Source: an uncultured delta proteobacterium | Lineage (GTDB): Bacteria; Desulfobacterota; Desulfomonilia; Desulfomonilales; Desulfomonilaceae | Assembly: GCA_963789265.1 (NCBI GenBank) | Contig: CAWBKB010000001.1 | Location: 384,001 to 448,000 of the forward strand | Reading direction: 5' to 3' | Length of the DNA: 64,000 nt | In this document: in pieces, positions 17,975 through 28,635 of the stretch | Position numbering within the stretch: the first letter of the stretch is position 1 | Layout of the letters: every line of letters starts with the position of its first letter | Position numbers and translations under genes: made by a program | Notes under the pieces: model-generated | Seen by the model: only the letters and a program-made list of their open reading frames with translations | Told to the model about the DNA's origin: nothing | The model's database searches: none

Positions 17975-19660
17975 ATGGAAAATTTAGTTCGTAGAAATAA
18001 TTTGTCGGCTGTGTGCACCCGTTACTCTGTAATAATGCTATGTCTTTTGTTGTTGTGCGCCCTTACGAACATTGCTGAAGCAGCCCAAGCCGTTCATCCC
18101 CTAGCTCCACCAGACACCTCAAGTCCGAGAGCAACGCTTAGCACGTTTCTAGACGAAATGAACAAGGCCGTGGATGCATACAAGTCTGGCCACAGAGACC
18201 AGGCCAGGAGTTTCCTTGAGAGCGCTGTACGCTGCCTCAATCTCCATGGGGAACCGCCGGCCATCAGGACTGTCCTGGGGTTATATTCTTCACTATTCCT
18301 CAAGGAAACCCTCGATCGGATTGATGTTCCGCCTCTCGACGAGATTCCTGACGCCAAGACCGTTGAAACCCAAAAGCTTACCAGTTGGACCCTTCCCTAC
18401 ACAGAGATCACTATTTCGGCTGTCAAGGATGGGCCTGCTGGTGCGCAATTCCTCTTTTCACCTAAGACGGTAAAAAGATCCGAAGAATTCTACGACAAAG
18501 TCAGGAATCTGCCTTACAAACCTGGGGCACAAGGAGCTCTCTACGAGCAGTTGACTTCTTCGGCCGGGCCACTTGTTTCGAAAGAACTCATGGATCGGCT
18601 GCCGCTTTGGAGTAGGACAAAAATCTTCGGACAGACTGTATGGCAATGGACAGGATTGATTTTGTACTTCTTGGTCGGTGCGTGGGCCGCGATGCTAATA
18701 TATAGGTGTGTCCGCAAGGGGCTCGGCATTCTTGACGCGAAACTCAATTCAAATCTAGACCAATCAGTAGGCGGCCTCGTCATGCCTATCCTACTAATCC
18801 TGTTTGCGGAGACGGGGCTCTGGTTTGTCGTGTACTGTCTTCACCTTCGGGCTGCCGACATGTATTTGGCGATAGCTTTTGTATTCTTGCTGATCTCTTA
18901 TGGCGCGAGGATATGGTTCATCGGCGCTGTCCTCAATCGAGCTGCCGCAGTTGTAATTGCCCTCGGTAGATTTGAACCGGCTGGCATGCGTGCGCAACTC
19001 ATACGTTTCGGATTTGACGTGGTGACTGTCGTAATTGTAGTTGGTGCTTCCATTCGCCTGGGGGCTCGCTTGGGTCTGCCTACGTACTCTTTGGTCACAG
19101 GATTAGGCATCGGTGGGCTAGCCGTGGCCTTGGCAGGACGAGAAGCCCTGTCAAATCTACTCGGCACCATCGCCATTCTTTTGGATCAACCCTTCAGATT
19201 GGGGGATTTCGTTGTATTGGGAGAGGGAGACCGAGGAACTGTCATTGGAATAGGTCTCCGCAGCACTCGCATTGAAAGGCTGGACGGGATACTCGTATCA
19301 ATCCCCAACGCGAATATAGCAAACATGAAGATCATCAACGAGAGTGCTCCAGTGGTCGAAGCCCGGATCAGCGTGCCCGTGGGGGCGGCCTATGGATCGC
19401 CTGTGAACGAAGTTGAGCAGGCATTATTAGCTGCTTCCCAGAGGTGCGAGTACGTGTTGCCTGAACCCGCCCCATCGGTGAGGTTTGTGAGCTTTGGCGA
19501 TTCAGCGCTGGAATTTGAGTTGCTGGTATGGATCATTCAGCCGGAATTCAGAGCAAAGGCAACAGATCAGATCAACCGAGCTATCTGCGAGGAGTTCCAG
19601 AAACAGGGAATCGAGATGCCCTTCCCGCAGCGAGACGTTCACATTCGAACGGAAAAATAG
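17975..19660 (+). CDS. mscS: MscS-family mechanosensitive channel with periplasmic N-terminal domain
   Basis: DTSSPRATL, GLGIGGLAVALA, IGLRSTRI, IPNA, MPFPQRDVH motifs. Confidence 0.92.
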   Translation: MENLVRRNNLSAVCTRYSVIMLCLLLLCALTNIAEAAQAVHPLAPPDTSSPRATLSTFLDEMNKAVDAYKSGHRDQARSFLESAVRCLNLHGEPPAIRTVLGLYSSLFLKETLDRIDVPPLDEIPDAKTVETQKLTSWTLPYTEITISAVKDGPAGAQFLFSPKTVKRSEEFYDKVRNLPYKPGAQGALYEQLTSSAGPLVSKELMDRLPLWSRTKIFGQTVWQWTGLILYFLVGAWAAMLIYRCVRKGLGILDAKLNSNLDQSVGGLVMPILLILFAETGLWFVVYCLHLRAADMYLAIAFVFLLISYGARIWFIGAVLNRAAAVVIALGRFEPAGMRAQLIRFGFDVVTVVIVVGASIRLGARLGLPTYSLVTGLGIGGLAVALAGREALSNLLGTIAILLDQPFRLGDFVVLGEGDRGTVIGIGLRSTRIERLDGILVSIPNANIANMKIINESAPVVEARISVPVGAAYGSPVNEVEQALLAASQRCEYVLPEPAPSVRFVSFGDSALEFELLVWIIQPEFRAKATDQINRAICEEFQKQGIEMPFPQRDVHIRTEK

Positions 19661-19730
19661 ATCGCAGCCAAAGAAGTTCCTAACTGGTACACTGGCTTGT
19701 TCATTCTGTTGTAAGGAAAGGAATGTTTCC

Positions 19731-20669
19731 ATGCGAAATTCAATGCTGATGATCGTGTTAATTCTAGTGGTGGCCACGGCCTCAGCCTTTGCTGCAGAGG
19801 TCAAGAAGGGCGCGGGCAAAGCACCGGCTTCGGTTCAAGCATCAAGTGCCCAAACTGCCGATGAGAAAGCTGTCCGCTCTACGGCAGCAGCATTCACATC
19901 AGCCTTCGACAAAGGCGACGCTAAGGAGATCGCCTCCCTTTGGACACCTGACTGCGAATATATCGACGAGACCGGTCGGATATTCCGAGGACGTGATGCA
20001 ATCGAGAAAGCATATGCAGCATTCTTTGCAGCAAACCCAGGTCTTAAGATCGTGACCTCTATCTCGTCAGTCAGGATCATAGCGGGTCATTCAGCCATAG
20101 AGAACGGTACGGCGGTCGTCAAGAAGGCGGACGGCGCAGTTTTGTCGCGGGGTTCTTACACTGCAATGCACCTGAAAGAACAAGGCAAATGGCTCATGGT
20201 CAGCGTTCGGGAGCATGCTTCCCCGACGCTGTCCAAGCGTCCAACTTTTCAAGATCTCGCGTGGTTGATTGGAGATTGGAGTGCGACAAAGGACTCGAAT
20301 ACTCTGGACTTCAGTATCAAATGGATCTCGGAAAAGAAGTTTATCGAACTCACCTACAGTGTTCGGGACAAGGGTGCTCTGGTGAGGTCAGGTATTCAGG
20401 TCATCGGCCGCGACCCATCGTCAGGCAACGTAATCTCCTGGAGCTTTGATTCCACCGGAGGCTATGGCCGGGGGCAATGGAGAATCCTGAAAAAAGGGTT
20501 CATAATCGAATCTCGGGGCATGATGCCGGATGGCGCACTAACCGCATCGAGCGACATTGTTTCGAGAATTAATGGGGACAGTTTTTCCTGGCAATCCGTC
20601 GATCGAACCGTAGCGGGGCAAACCTTGAGTGATGAAGAACCCGTGGTACTGAAACGCAAACACCGGTAA
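19731..20669 (+). CDS. Exported SgcJ/EcaC-like (DUF4440, NTF2/SnoaL fold) protein
   Basis: Signal peptide; AFDKGDAKEIASLW, GRDAIEKAY; LAWLIGDW second domain. Confidence 0.8.
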   Translation: MRNSMLMIVLILVVATASAFAAEVKKGAGKAPASVQASSAQTADEKAVRSTAAAFTSAFDKGDAKEIASLWTPDCEYIDETGRIFRGRDAIEKAYAAFFAANPGLKIVTSISSVRIIAGHSAIENGTAVVKKADGAVLSRGSYTAMHLKEQGKWLMVSVREHASPTLSKRPTFQDLAWLIGDWSATKDSNTLDFSIKWISEKKFIELTYSVRDKGALVRSGIQVIGRDPSSGNVISWSFDSTGGYGRGQWRILKKGFIIESRGMMPDGALTASSDIVSRINGDSFSWQSVDRTVAGQTLSDEEPVVLKRKHR

Positions 20670-20751
20670 GAAAAGATTCTCAATTTTGTCAAAACACTTT
20701 CATCACAAGTTTATGAGGTTCGCACAAGAGAACTTCAACACGAGGTCGAAA

Positions 20752-21918
20752 ATGAACAAGCTAATAGGATTACTGCTGGCGGCGTTACTGGTTACGGCCC
20801 TTCCCCTGGGGGACGCTCTGGGCCGAGGTTTCGGCGGATTCAGAGGCGGCGGATTTGGCGGGGGTGGATTTGACCGAGGTCGTGTTGGAGGCTTCGGGGG
20901 AGGTGGGTTTGATCGTGGGGGTTTTGGTGACCGAGACTTCGGGGGCTTCCGCAGCAACGAGGGCGGATTTAGGTCCGAGCGGGCTGAAACGTTTCGTTCA
21001 GAAAGAGAACGAAAACCTTCGCGCGAAACGTCCAGACCTGCGGCCGGGTACGGTGAAGGCAAATTCCGGGGGTCTGCCGGGGTATCTAGGACTCAGTTAG
21101 ACAAGTTTCTAGGCTTCCCCACCGACGCGGGGGTTGGTCATGTTGCTTCGGCGCACGCTGGCTTTAAAGGAACGCGCGTGACTGCAGGTCGTGTGCAAGG
21201 CCCCAGGGGTGGATCTGCGGCCTTTGTCTCTGGAACACACGTCCGTTACATCCCCCCTGACGTGCGTAGTGCGCGGGGATTGGCAGTGCGACATGCATTT
21301 TACGGACACAACCTGTTCCATCCGGCATGGTTCAGGGCACATCGTGCGGCATGGACCACTGCGGCACTTACTGCGTCTGCTTGGGCTGCTGCAAGCTGGA
21401 GCAGCGCCTCAGACTGGTTGGACTGCGATTCGGAGCCCGAGGACTACGATTACGGCAGCACAGTCCTGTACCAGGGCGGTAATGTGTACGTGGAAGGACA
21501 GCGAGTTGGAACTGACGCGCAGTACTACGATCAGGCAAGTTCGCTTGCAGCTTCCGGCGATGCCAAGGGGCACGATCAAGCCGACTGGTTGCCCCTTGGA
21601 GTATTCGGGATGGTACAGGGCCAGCAGACTGACCCCACCATGATTTTTCAGTTGGCGGTCAACCATAAGGGAATTATACGAGGCAACTTCTACAACACTA
21701 TCACAGATACCACGCTGCCTATTCACGGGGCAGTGGACAAAAAGACCCAACGAGCCGCGTGGACAATGGGGGACAACAAGAGCACAGTGATTGATACCGG
21801 CCTGGCAAACCTCACAAAGGACGAAGGTACAGCTCTCATGCACTTGGGAAAAGATCGAACCCAAGAGTGGCTGCTGGTCAGATTGAAAGGTAAGGCTGAG
21901 AAAAAGAACGATTCGTAA
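20752..21918 (+). CDS. Exported Gly/Arg-rich 'protocadherin-like' surface protein
   Basis: Signal peptide, GGF/RGG repeats, YDYG..VY, WLPLGVF, QLAVN..GIIRGN, GLANLT motifs. Confidence 0.75.
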   Translation: MNKLIGLLLAALLVTALPLGDALGRGFGGFRGGGFGGGGFDRGRVGGFGGGGFDRGGFGDRDFGGFRSNEGGFRSERAETFRSERERKPSRETSRPAAGYGEGKFRGSAGVSRTQLDKFLGFPTDAGVGHVASAHAGFKGTRVTAGRVQGPRGGSAAFVSGTHVRYIPPDVRSARGLAVRHAFYGHNLFHPAWFRAHRAAWTTAALTASAWAAASWSSASDWLDCDSEPEDYDYGSTVLYQGGNVYVEGQRVGTDAQYYDQASSLAASGDAKGHDQADWLPLGVFGMVQGQQTDPTMIFQLAVNHKGIIRGNFYNTITDTTLPIHGAVDKKTQRAAWTMGDNKSTVIDTGLANLTKDEGTALMHLGKDRTQEWLLVRLKGKAEKKNDS

Positions 21919-22349
21919 ATAACACCCATTCACATGATGGTTCAGCCGACCAAGTTAACCGTCCATTTTCGCGTTTTATCTTCCTGCGGAATGGGGAGCC
22001 ACTGGATCGTCCGCGTTAAGGGGAACATACGGCGTTACTACGGGCTCCCCTGTACTGGCCGGATTTCCTCAACGTTTCCTTCAACATCTGGTCTACCGGA
22101 TACGCTTATGACGGGAGTAAAGAGGAGGTTCGTACTGTTGCTCGGCAACATTCCATTCCACAGCAATTGAAACCCTTCCTCGGCAGCTTTTTTCACCCCT
22201 TGCCCGAGTAACGTATTCCCTTCAAGGTTTACCTCGCACCCATTTTTCGAGTCTCTATAAACCAAGCCAAGGTAAGACAATCGGCTCGCTTCCCGAGTTG
22301 TTACAGCAATTTGCCGCGCCTCTTGAAATAAAATAGCCTGTCTTTTTAA

Positions 22350-22379
22350 TTGACTAATATATTTACTTCATGCTATACT
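22350..22379 (+). promoter_or_regulatory. sigma70-type promoter
   Basis: TTGACT-18 nt-TATACT with extended -10 TG, in an AT-rich spacer upstream of 22463. Confidence 0.55.
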
Positions 22380-22462
22380 TAACCATAAGACTTTAGCAAT
22401 TTTCCTAGCATGCGAAGTTTGCGGGACTTTTGGGTGAGAACTTCCAAGGAGTAGAGGTCATC

Positions 22463-23530
22463 ATGTCCAAAATATCTGTGAGCGCCGTGATTAGTGCCAT
22501 TTTGTCTGTTGGGCTGCTCGTAGCAGTAGCTTCAGCCCAGATGAGCCCCTGGGGAGCCTCAGGAGGCTATTCAGCCTACCCGGGCATTGCGCCGCCACAT
22601 CCTCCGGTGAAATGCCGGCCACCAGCTCCGCCAACCTGTTTTCAAAATCCGAACCCAGGTTGTGCCCCGTTCCCGGGTTTCAATCCCTGCCCTTGCCCTC
22701 CGCAGCAGTGTACGCCTGAGCCGTTCATGGAGCCTTCCGTGTACGTAGGGTACCTCTATAAGGATCATGGGGCTGGGGTTAATATTCAGTTCAACAACGG
22801 GGATGTCGTTGGGATAACATCAACGAGAAATGACTTCACCTTGCAGGGTGTTTGGTTGGAACTCACGGCGCCGGTCCGTCTCTGTCAAAATGCTGGGTTA
22901 TTTTTTGCCTTGTCGCATCTGTTTCCAGTGCAGTCCGATGCTTTGGAATCGTATGGGCAAGTGGGTGGTGCTGCAAAACGAGAGTGGAATCCTGATATCC
23001 AATGGTGGGAACTGGACGCAGCCCTCAGTTATCGCCTGTCCCAAGGTGCATTCGGATTGGCTGGTTTCCGATGGTCCTCTTTCGTGGTGGACTTCGGTCA
23101 AGCCACGAATCAGCAGGGCTTTTCTACCTCACCGGATCAGGCCCAGCTTTCGGTAAACGCTTATATCCCTTACTTGGGTCTCGAATTGCAGGCTAACCCT
23201 GACTGCAATAGCAGTTTCAAGGCTACATTCCTGGGGTTCCCGGCTCTTCCCAGCGATGTCGAGTTCCAGGAGACTCTGACCCCGACAGGCCAGGTGTCGA
23301 CAAGATTCTCCGGCACAACAGACTACAAGTCAGGGTACTTTCTCGAGGGTTTGGTAGAATCCTCCGTGAAGATGGCTGCTTGCAGCCTGGGAGCATTTGT
23401 GAGGTTCGACGCTATTCATACTGATCGCACCCGTGATTTCACCGCTCCAGACGGAAGCAGCAGATCGGCTGATATCCAGTTTGACAGAAGAAATTGGATA
23501 TTTGGTGGAAAATTAGGCTTTGTTTTCTGA
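22463..23530 (+). CDS. Putative outer-membrane beta-barrel with Pro/Cys-rich N-terminal extension
   Basis: Signal peptide, amphipathic beta strands, terminal Phe (GKLGFVF). Confidence 0.75.
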   Translation: MSKISVSAVISAILSVGLLVAVASAQMSPWGASGGYSAYPGIAPPHPPVKCRPPAPPTCFQNPNPGCAPFPGFNPCPCPPQQCTPEPFMEPSVYVGYLYKDHGAGVNIQFNNGDVVGITSTRNDFTLQGVWLELTAPVRLCQNAGLFFALSHLFPVQSDALESYGQVGGAAKREWNPDIQWWELDAALSYRLSQGAFGLAGFRWSSFVVDFGQATNQQGFSTSPDQAQLSVNAYIPYLGLELQANPDCNSSFKATFLGFPALPSDVEFQETLTPTGQVSTRFSGTTDYKSGYFLEGLVESSVKMAACSLGAFVRFDAIHTDRTRDFTAPDGSSRSADIQFDRRNWIFGGKLGFVF

Positions 23531-23759
23531 TAGCGGTTTCAGTCAAGAAGTCAAAAATAGATTACAAGACCTTTTAATGGGTGACCCCGGATTTGCGGAT
23601 TTTTCTCCTAGGACCGGCTTAGATTTATACAAAAGGGGACATAGCTCTTTTGCCGGGAATAACGACACAGTAGGTGAGAAATCAAGACCTGCCGCGGTCC
23701 GCAAAAGAAAAGCGGGAAGTACGAAGAAGTAGCCGCGCGGATTTCAAATTACAAGACCT

Positions 23760-23912
23760 GATCACAGATTTTCCATACGATTGCTACGCTGTATGACGTG
23801 ATGAGGCATTGCCGGCGCGACCACTCGTGCTACTTGACCCATGGGAGTGTCTTAGAGAATTAGATTCGTTTGCCAACAATTAAGTATGGGGGCCCGGAAT
23901 TATTCCGGAATT
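23760..23912 (-). mobile_element. Partial RAYT-derived miniature element
   Basis: Minus strand encodes MGQVARVVAPAMPHHVIQRSNR (RAYT N-terminus); ends in AATTAAGTATGGGGGCCCGGAATT repeat. Confidence 0.75.
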
Positions 23913-24017
23913 ACTCGACAGGGGGCCATTTGATGGGTGACCCCTATGCTTGAATAGGCCCAAGGAATGTCTTACAGTACAACATAGATTAATTGGTATT
24001 CCAGGTGGGGATCGTGA

Positions 24018-24290
24018 ATGTTAAACGTGTTGGGTTTTATGTCTAGCGTCGGTTTTCTTGCTGATAACGGCGCTCGTATTGGCAACGAACGATAGTTGGG
24101 TAGTTATCAAGGACAAGAATGGGATTTGCAAGTTTATTGAGGCGCAAAAAAAAGATACCCAAGACTATCGCAGGGCGGTTCAAAAACAAAGAAGAGGCAG
24201 AAAAAGCAAAAGTCAAGGAATGTGCAGGGAGGGGTCCACCTCAGCTCTTTAACAGTATAGGTGGGGTATCCATGAAGCAGAGGTAGCGAC
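24018..24290 (+). pseudogene. Small secreted protein, frameshifted
   Basis: WVVIKDKNGICKFIEAQK continues as KIPKTIAGRFKNKEEAEKAKVKEC if one A is removed from the A8 run near 24147-24154; the 5' end is also out of frame. Confidence 0.5.
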
Positions 24291-24320
24291 AAGGTGGCAA
24301 TAATAAGCAGGGAGGCAAAA

Positions 24321-24740
24321 ATGGAAGACTTTATTCAACTTGCAACGGAAAAGCTGGGTGTTAGCGACGAATCAGTTAAGTCGGCGATGGGGGCCATTCT
24401 GGGCCTGGTGCAAAAGAACGCGGACGGAGAAGATTTTCAGCAACTCTTAGATAAGCTTCCCGGCGTTGAAGGGCTGCTGGACAATTCCGGCCAAGTGTCA
24501 CCCGAACAAGGCGGTGGAGGCTTGCTGTCAGGTCTGATGCGTGGCGTGGGGGCTATGATCGGCGGGAAAGCTGGGGACGCGCTGGAAGCCGCCTCAGCGC
24601 TGAAGGAATCCGGAATAGGGCTTGATAATCTGGGAAGTCTGGTGACAATGTTCACCGAATTTGCGAAGGAGAGGGCGGGATCGGAACTCGTAGACAAGAT
24701 TCTTGCCGATGTGCCGGGGCTGCCGGGTCTAAAAGAGTAG
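24321..24740 (+). CDS. DUF2780-like protein
   Basis: GGAGG RBS; LGVS...AMGAILGLVQ...LPG, Gly-rich linker typical of the family. Confidence 0.75.
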   Translation: MEDFIQLATEKLGVSDESVKSAMGAILGLVQKNADGEDFQQLLDKLPGVEGLLDNSGQVSPEQGGGGLLSGLMRGVGAMIGGKAGDALEAASALKESGIGLDNLGSLVTMFTEFAKERAGSELVDKILADVPGLPGLKE

Positions 24741-24752
24741 CTTGCGAGGCCC

Positions 24753-24915
24753 GGAATTCCGTGTACACCATACTCATTTCCCTTGCCGCGTGTGGCGATG
24801 AGATCGTCTACTGGTCTGTCGACGATGTTCGTGGTCCGAGTCACCCCGGTTTCGGTAGGAGCTTCCAACGACCAATGATGACACTGAGAATTAAGTATGG
24901 TGTCCCCAGAACTCC
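24753..24915. mobile_element. Miniature element bounded by the same ~26-bp inverted repeats
   Basis: GAATTCCGTGTACACCATACTCATTT ... AATTAAGTATGGTGTCCCCAGAACTC; interior differs from the other copies. Confidence 0.7.
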
Positions 24916-25417
24916 CGAGTCCAAGTCCGAACCGGAGAAACCTGTGACGGATTCCCCGTACACGGCTTCCCGAGCCTCATGACCGACCAGGGGACGTTGA
25001 CCAAGAACCGCATTCACATCAAAAACACCGGTGCAACGTTCGATTTGTATGCCACCCCGACGCCGGTGCAAAGCGGGGCTTTTGAACTCCTGGGCGTTTC
25101 ATCAGGATCGTAGCCACTAACTACCTCGCATCTCTCGACTCAAATCAATCATAAACAAACTCTTACGTAAATCACCTTTTCGAACTTCCGTTTAAACTGC
25201 TGCAAATATCGCCCGGATCATGAACCGGGCATGATGTGTCGTTTCTCAGCATTCCTGTAAAGACTGTTCTCGATATCTGGAAACAACGTTAGCAGGTAGA
25301 CTCGCCCTTTAAGCGACTCAAGCTGCACCTACTCCTCTTTTGCTCATCTTCAGTCAATCTGGTGAAGAGCCACACAGGGGCCGTAAAGATACCTTATCGT
25401 GACTACCGCCGGGAAAG

Positions 25418-26389
25418 TCACCCTTCAAAGATTTTCTTTGGGTTTTCAACCATTATTGTGCGAATCTGCTCATCGGTCACTCCCGACTCCTTGAGCTCGG
25501 GTATGATATTTTTGAAAACATGTGTCGGATACCAATTTCCAACTATTTCTTTGGGCAATATTACATCGCCACCAAGCCAGTTGAGCACCACATCGTGTGA
25601 AAACATCAACTGGCTCGCATATCCCATAGAGATTAGTCCTACGATGCAACCCTTCCTGAAATTATCCGGGCCTGCCGACCACAACTCAGCGTCGAGACCG
25701 AGTCGATCAAAGGCCAGATTTACACCCTTATCAAGAATCCTGGCATGGTACTTTAGATCGGCAGATCCCCCTGCATGACCAATCGCGATTTGCTTTGGGT
25801 TGGCACCCTCGGATACAAGTATATCAACTTGTTCAGGGCCCATGGTTCCCGCCTCTGTATGAGTTATGATCGGAATTCCCGTTCTCTTTTGTGCTCTTCC
25901 TGCCGCCTGAAGGGCCATCTGTTCATAATCTGTGATGGCATTCAACCCTGTGGCCACTTTAATAACACCTGCCTTTATTCCGGTATCTCCTATACCTAGC
26001 TCAATTTCTTTGGCGAACAACTCGGTCAACATTTCAACCCCATTCGTAAACAGACCTTGGAACTTGAAATAAGGGGAACCACCTTGACCTTCAGTATAAA
26101 GCCCTGTCGAGCACACAATATTCACGCCGGATTTTTGAGACACTTCGCTGTAAAACTTCGGATCTCGTCCAGAATCAGATGGTGTCGCATCAACATAGGT
26201 CTTTACGCCACACGCTTTTATGTCGTCCATAGCTTTTAGAGCGATTGCAAGAGCCTTTTCTTTGTCTTGTGGCTTGCTTGTGTGCGCATACCAACCGGCG
26301 TATCCAAATTGTAGATGTTCATGCATCAGTGTTATTCCCATTTCATCTGACGAAACAGGACCACACACGGTGTTAATCATCTTAGTCAT
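25418..26389 (-). CDS. Phosphotriesterase-family (PTE/Php) amidohydrolase
   Basis: GITLMHEH, GVIKVA, THT, IGH and SHD metal-ligand motifs. Confidence 0.92.
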   Translation of the reverse strand: MTKMINTVCGPVSSDEMGITLMHEHLQFGYAGWYAHTSKPQDKEKALAIALKAMDDIKACGVKTYVDATPSDSGRDPKFYSEVSQKSGVNIVCSTGLYTEGQGGSPYFKFQGLFTNGVEMLTELFAKEIELGIGDTGIKAGVIKVATGLNAITDYEQMALQAAGRAQKRTGIPIITHTEAGTMGPEQVDILVSEGANPKQIAIGHAGGSADLKYHARILDKGVNLAFDRLGLDAELWSAGPDNFRKGCIVGLISMGYASQLMFSHDVVLNWLGGDVILPKEIVGNWYPTHVFKNIIPELKESGVTDEQIRTIMVENPKKIFEG

Positions 26390-26500
26390 TTCCTTTCTCC
26401 TTTTTTCGATAACGATCGAAGATTGGCATTTCGGGAATATTGCATCCCAAAATGATGCTCAATAGCTACGCTGAACAATCTGCAATAAAGATTACTTTGC

Positions 26501-28420
26501 TTATGCTTGCATCCCCGCAAGATAGCCTGTTTCCAGGGCTTCCATGACTTTTCCCACTTTAGCGGCATCACCTACAGTGATCACTGTATAAGGCTTGCCA
26601 TCAAGCTCTTTTTTAAGATCGTTATTGGGCTTGCTACCCGAAGCCACAACAACTGTTTCGGAACTTATTGTCTCAGTTACACTGTCCTTAACTACAACCA
26701 CTCCGTCCACCATCACATCCTTAACTGTAGTATTCACAAGGACTCGTACCTTATTTTTCTCTAAGTCCTGTAACAAAGCCATTCTGTTTATGTTTGGCAC
26801 CTCCGTTGCGATCTCGGACATCATTTCAACCAACGTGACTACCTTACCGTGGTTTGCCAGATGGTTGGCCGTCTCAGCGCCGACCATGCCTCCTCCAATT
26901 ACGACAACCTTAGCGCTAACCGCAACTTTTCCGGCAAGTACTGTATAAGCATGAACAACGTTAGGCTTGTCAACACCCGAGATTTCAGGCAAGACCGGTC
27001 TGCCGCCAGTTGCTAGAATTACGACATCAGGTTTTTCGGAATCAATTAGTTCAGGTGTAACTTCGGCGTTCAGAGTAACATTGACTTTCATCTTGTCTAA
27101 TTGGCCAATTTGCCAGCCGACGAAGTTGCCAATCTCTCCCTTGTTGGGTGGTACGCTGGCCAGGTAAAATAGTCCGCCTAAATGGCCTTCCTTTTCATAC
27201 AAGCTTACTTTGTGACCTGCTTTCGCAGCGGTGATGGCAGCCTCCATTCCAGCAGGGCCGCCCCCTATGACCAAAAGTTTTTTCTTGACGGCCGCCGGTT
27301 TTATAGCTAATTCAGCCTCTTTGCCAAGTGTTGGATTCAAAACACATTTGATCGGTTGATCGGTAAATAGTATACCAATGCACCCCTCGTTACAGGCGAT
27401 GCAAGGGCGAATTTCGTCAAATTCGCCCGCCGCAGCCTTCTTAGGGAACTCCGGATCGGCCAGCGATGCCCTACCCATAGCAACAAAATCAGCCTTGCGA
27501 CCCGCAATAATGGAATCTGCCACGAAAGGATCATTAATTCGGCCAACAGTAATAACCGGCATACTGATGACCTTCTTTACTTCCTCCGCATAACCAGCGA
27601 GCCAGCCATGGGGAGTGGACGAAGCGGGTACAATTTTGTCTGCGCTGGCATAAACACCGCAGGAGACATGCAAGACATCGATCCTCGCTCGTTCCAATAA
27701 AATGGCTATCGCTTTCGTATCCTCTATAGATCTACCGCCGGGAACGAATTCGTCGCAAGAAATGCGGAAACCCAACCCGAAATCGTTACGAGTTTTAGCC
27801 CTGATGTTTGCTACAACCTCGAGCGGGAACCTCATTCTATTCAAAAGATGCCCACCATACTTGTCGGTTCTCTTGTTTGAGTATGGAGACATAAATTCTG
27901 CAATGAGATATCCGTGGGCTCCATGTATTTCAACACCATCAAATCCAGCTTTTTGTGCTCTTAGAGCGCAATCGCCAAATTTTTCCACCATCCTTTCGAT
28001 GTCGTCAATCGTCAGTTCGTCCGGCAATTCTTGCATTGCCGGGCATGGAATCGGGGAAGGAGCCAGCGGTGGGCACATGGTAATCAGATGGCTCGTCTGT
28101 CTCCCGCAATGATATATTTGTGCGAATATTTTGCTTGCGTACTGATGGACTCTTTTCGTCAACTCTGAATGACCTGCAATCTGGCTATCATTCCACAGCC
28201 CCGCGACACAAGAGAAGCCTTTGCCCGTGGGGTCTATCGCATAATCTTCAGTGATGATCAGCCCCCAGCCGCCTTTTGCTTTGGCTTCATGGTATGCTAT
28301 GTACCTTTCTGTAGCCGTGCCATCCTGGTTGCAGTAATCCGTTACCATTGGGCTTACAACCAGTCTGTTAGGAATTTCCACCTTTCCAATCTTCATGGGA
28401 CTGAACAGTTTTTTAAACAT
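26501..28420 (-). CDS. NADH:flavin oxidoreductase (Old Yellow Enzyme / 2,4-dienoyl-CoA reductase-like, Fe-S + FAD)
   Basis: GFDGVEIHGAHGYL, NKRTDKYGG, CIACNEGC...C, two GGG dinucleotide-binding motifs. Confidence 0.93.
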   Translation of the reverse strand: MFKKLFSPMKIGKVEIPNRLVVSPMVTDYCNQDGTATERYIAYHEAKAKGGWGLIITEDYAIDPTGKGFSCVAGLWNDSQIAGHSELTKRVHQYASKIFAQIYHCGRQTSHLITMCPPLAPSPIPCPAMQELPDELTIDDIERMVEKFGDCALRAQKAGFDGVEIHGAHGYLIAEFMSPYSNKRTDKYGGHLLNRMRFPLEVVANIRAKTRNDFGLGFRISCDEFVPGGRSIEDTKAIAILLERARIDVLHVSCGVYASADKIVPASSTPHGWLAGYAEEVKKVISMPVITVGRINDPFVADSIIAGRKADFVAMGRASLADPEFPKKAAAGEFDEIRPCIACNEGCIGILFTDQPIKCVLNPTLGKEAELAIKPAAVKKKLLVIGGGPAGMEAAITAAKAGHKVSLYEKEGHLGGLFYLASVPPNKGEIGNFVGWQIGQLDKMKVNVTLNAEVTPELIDSEKPDVVILATGGRPVLPEISGVDKPNVVHAYTVLAGKVAVSAKVVVIGGGMVGAETANHLANHGKVVTLVEMMSEIATEVPNINRMALLQDLEKNKVRVLVNTTVKDVMVDGVVVVKDSVTETISSETVVVASGSKPNNDLKKELDGKPYTVITVGDAAKVGKVMEALETGYLAGMQA

Positions 28421-28444
28421 CGGCCATTCCTCCTTAGATAGGGA

Positions 28445-28635
28445 TTACTGTTTCTTCGGGAACACGCCTGTAGGATCGCATTCTTCTTTAAAAATTCGAA
28501 TAAGCTCAGGCGCAGGTGATTCTGTCTCGTACACATTGGAAGCAATCTTGAGATCCCAACCAGTGTTTTCCTTGATCTGTGCCACCGTTGCTCCAGGGTG
28601 ATAGGAAGCGAGATACATTTCTTTGTTTCGGGCAA
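28445..28635 (-). pseudogene. 3' fragment of a CoA-transferase beta subunit (glutaconate CoA-transferase-like)
   Basis: KEMYLASYHPGATVAQIKENTGWDLKI...ETESPAPELIRI...DPTG. Confidence 0.7.
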
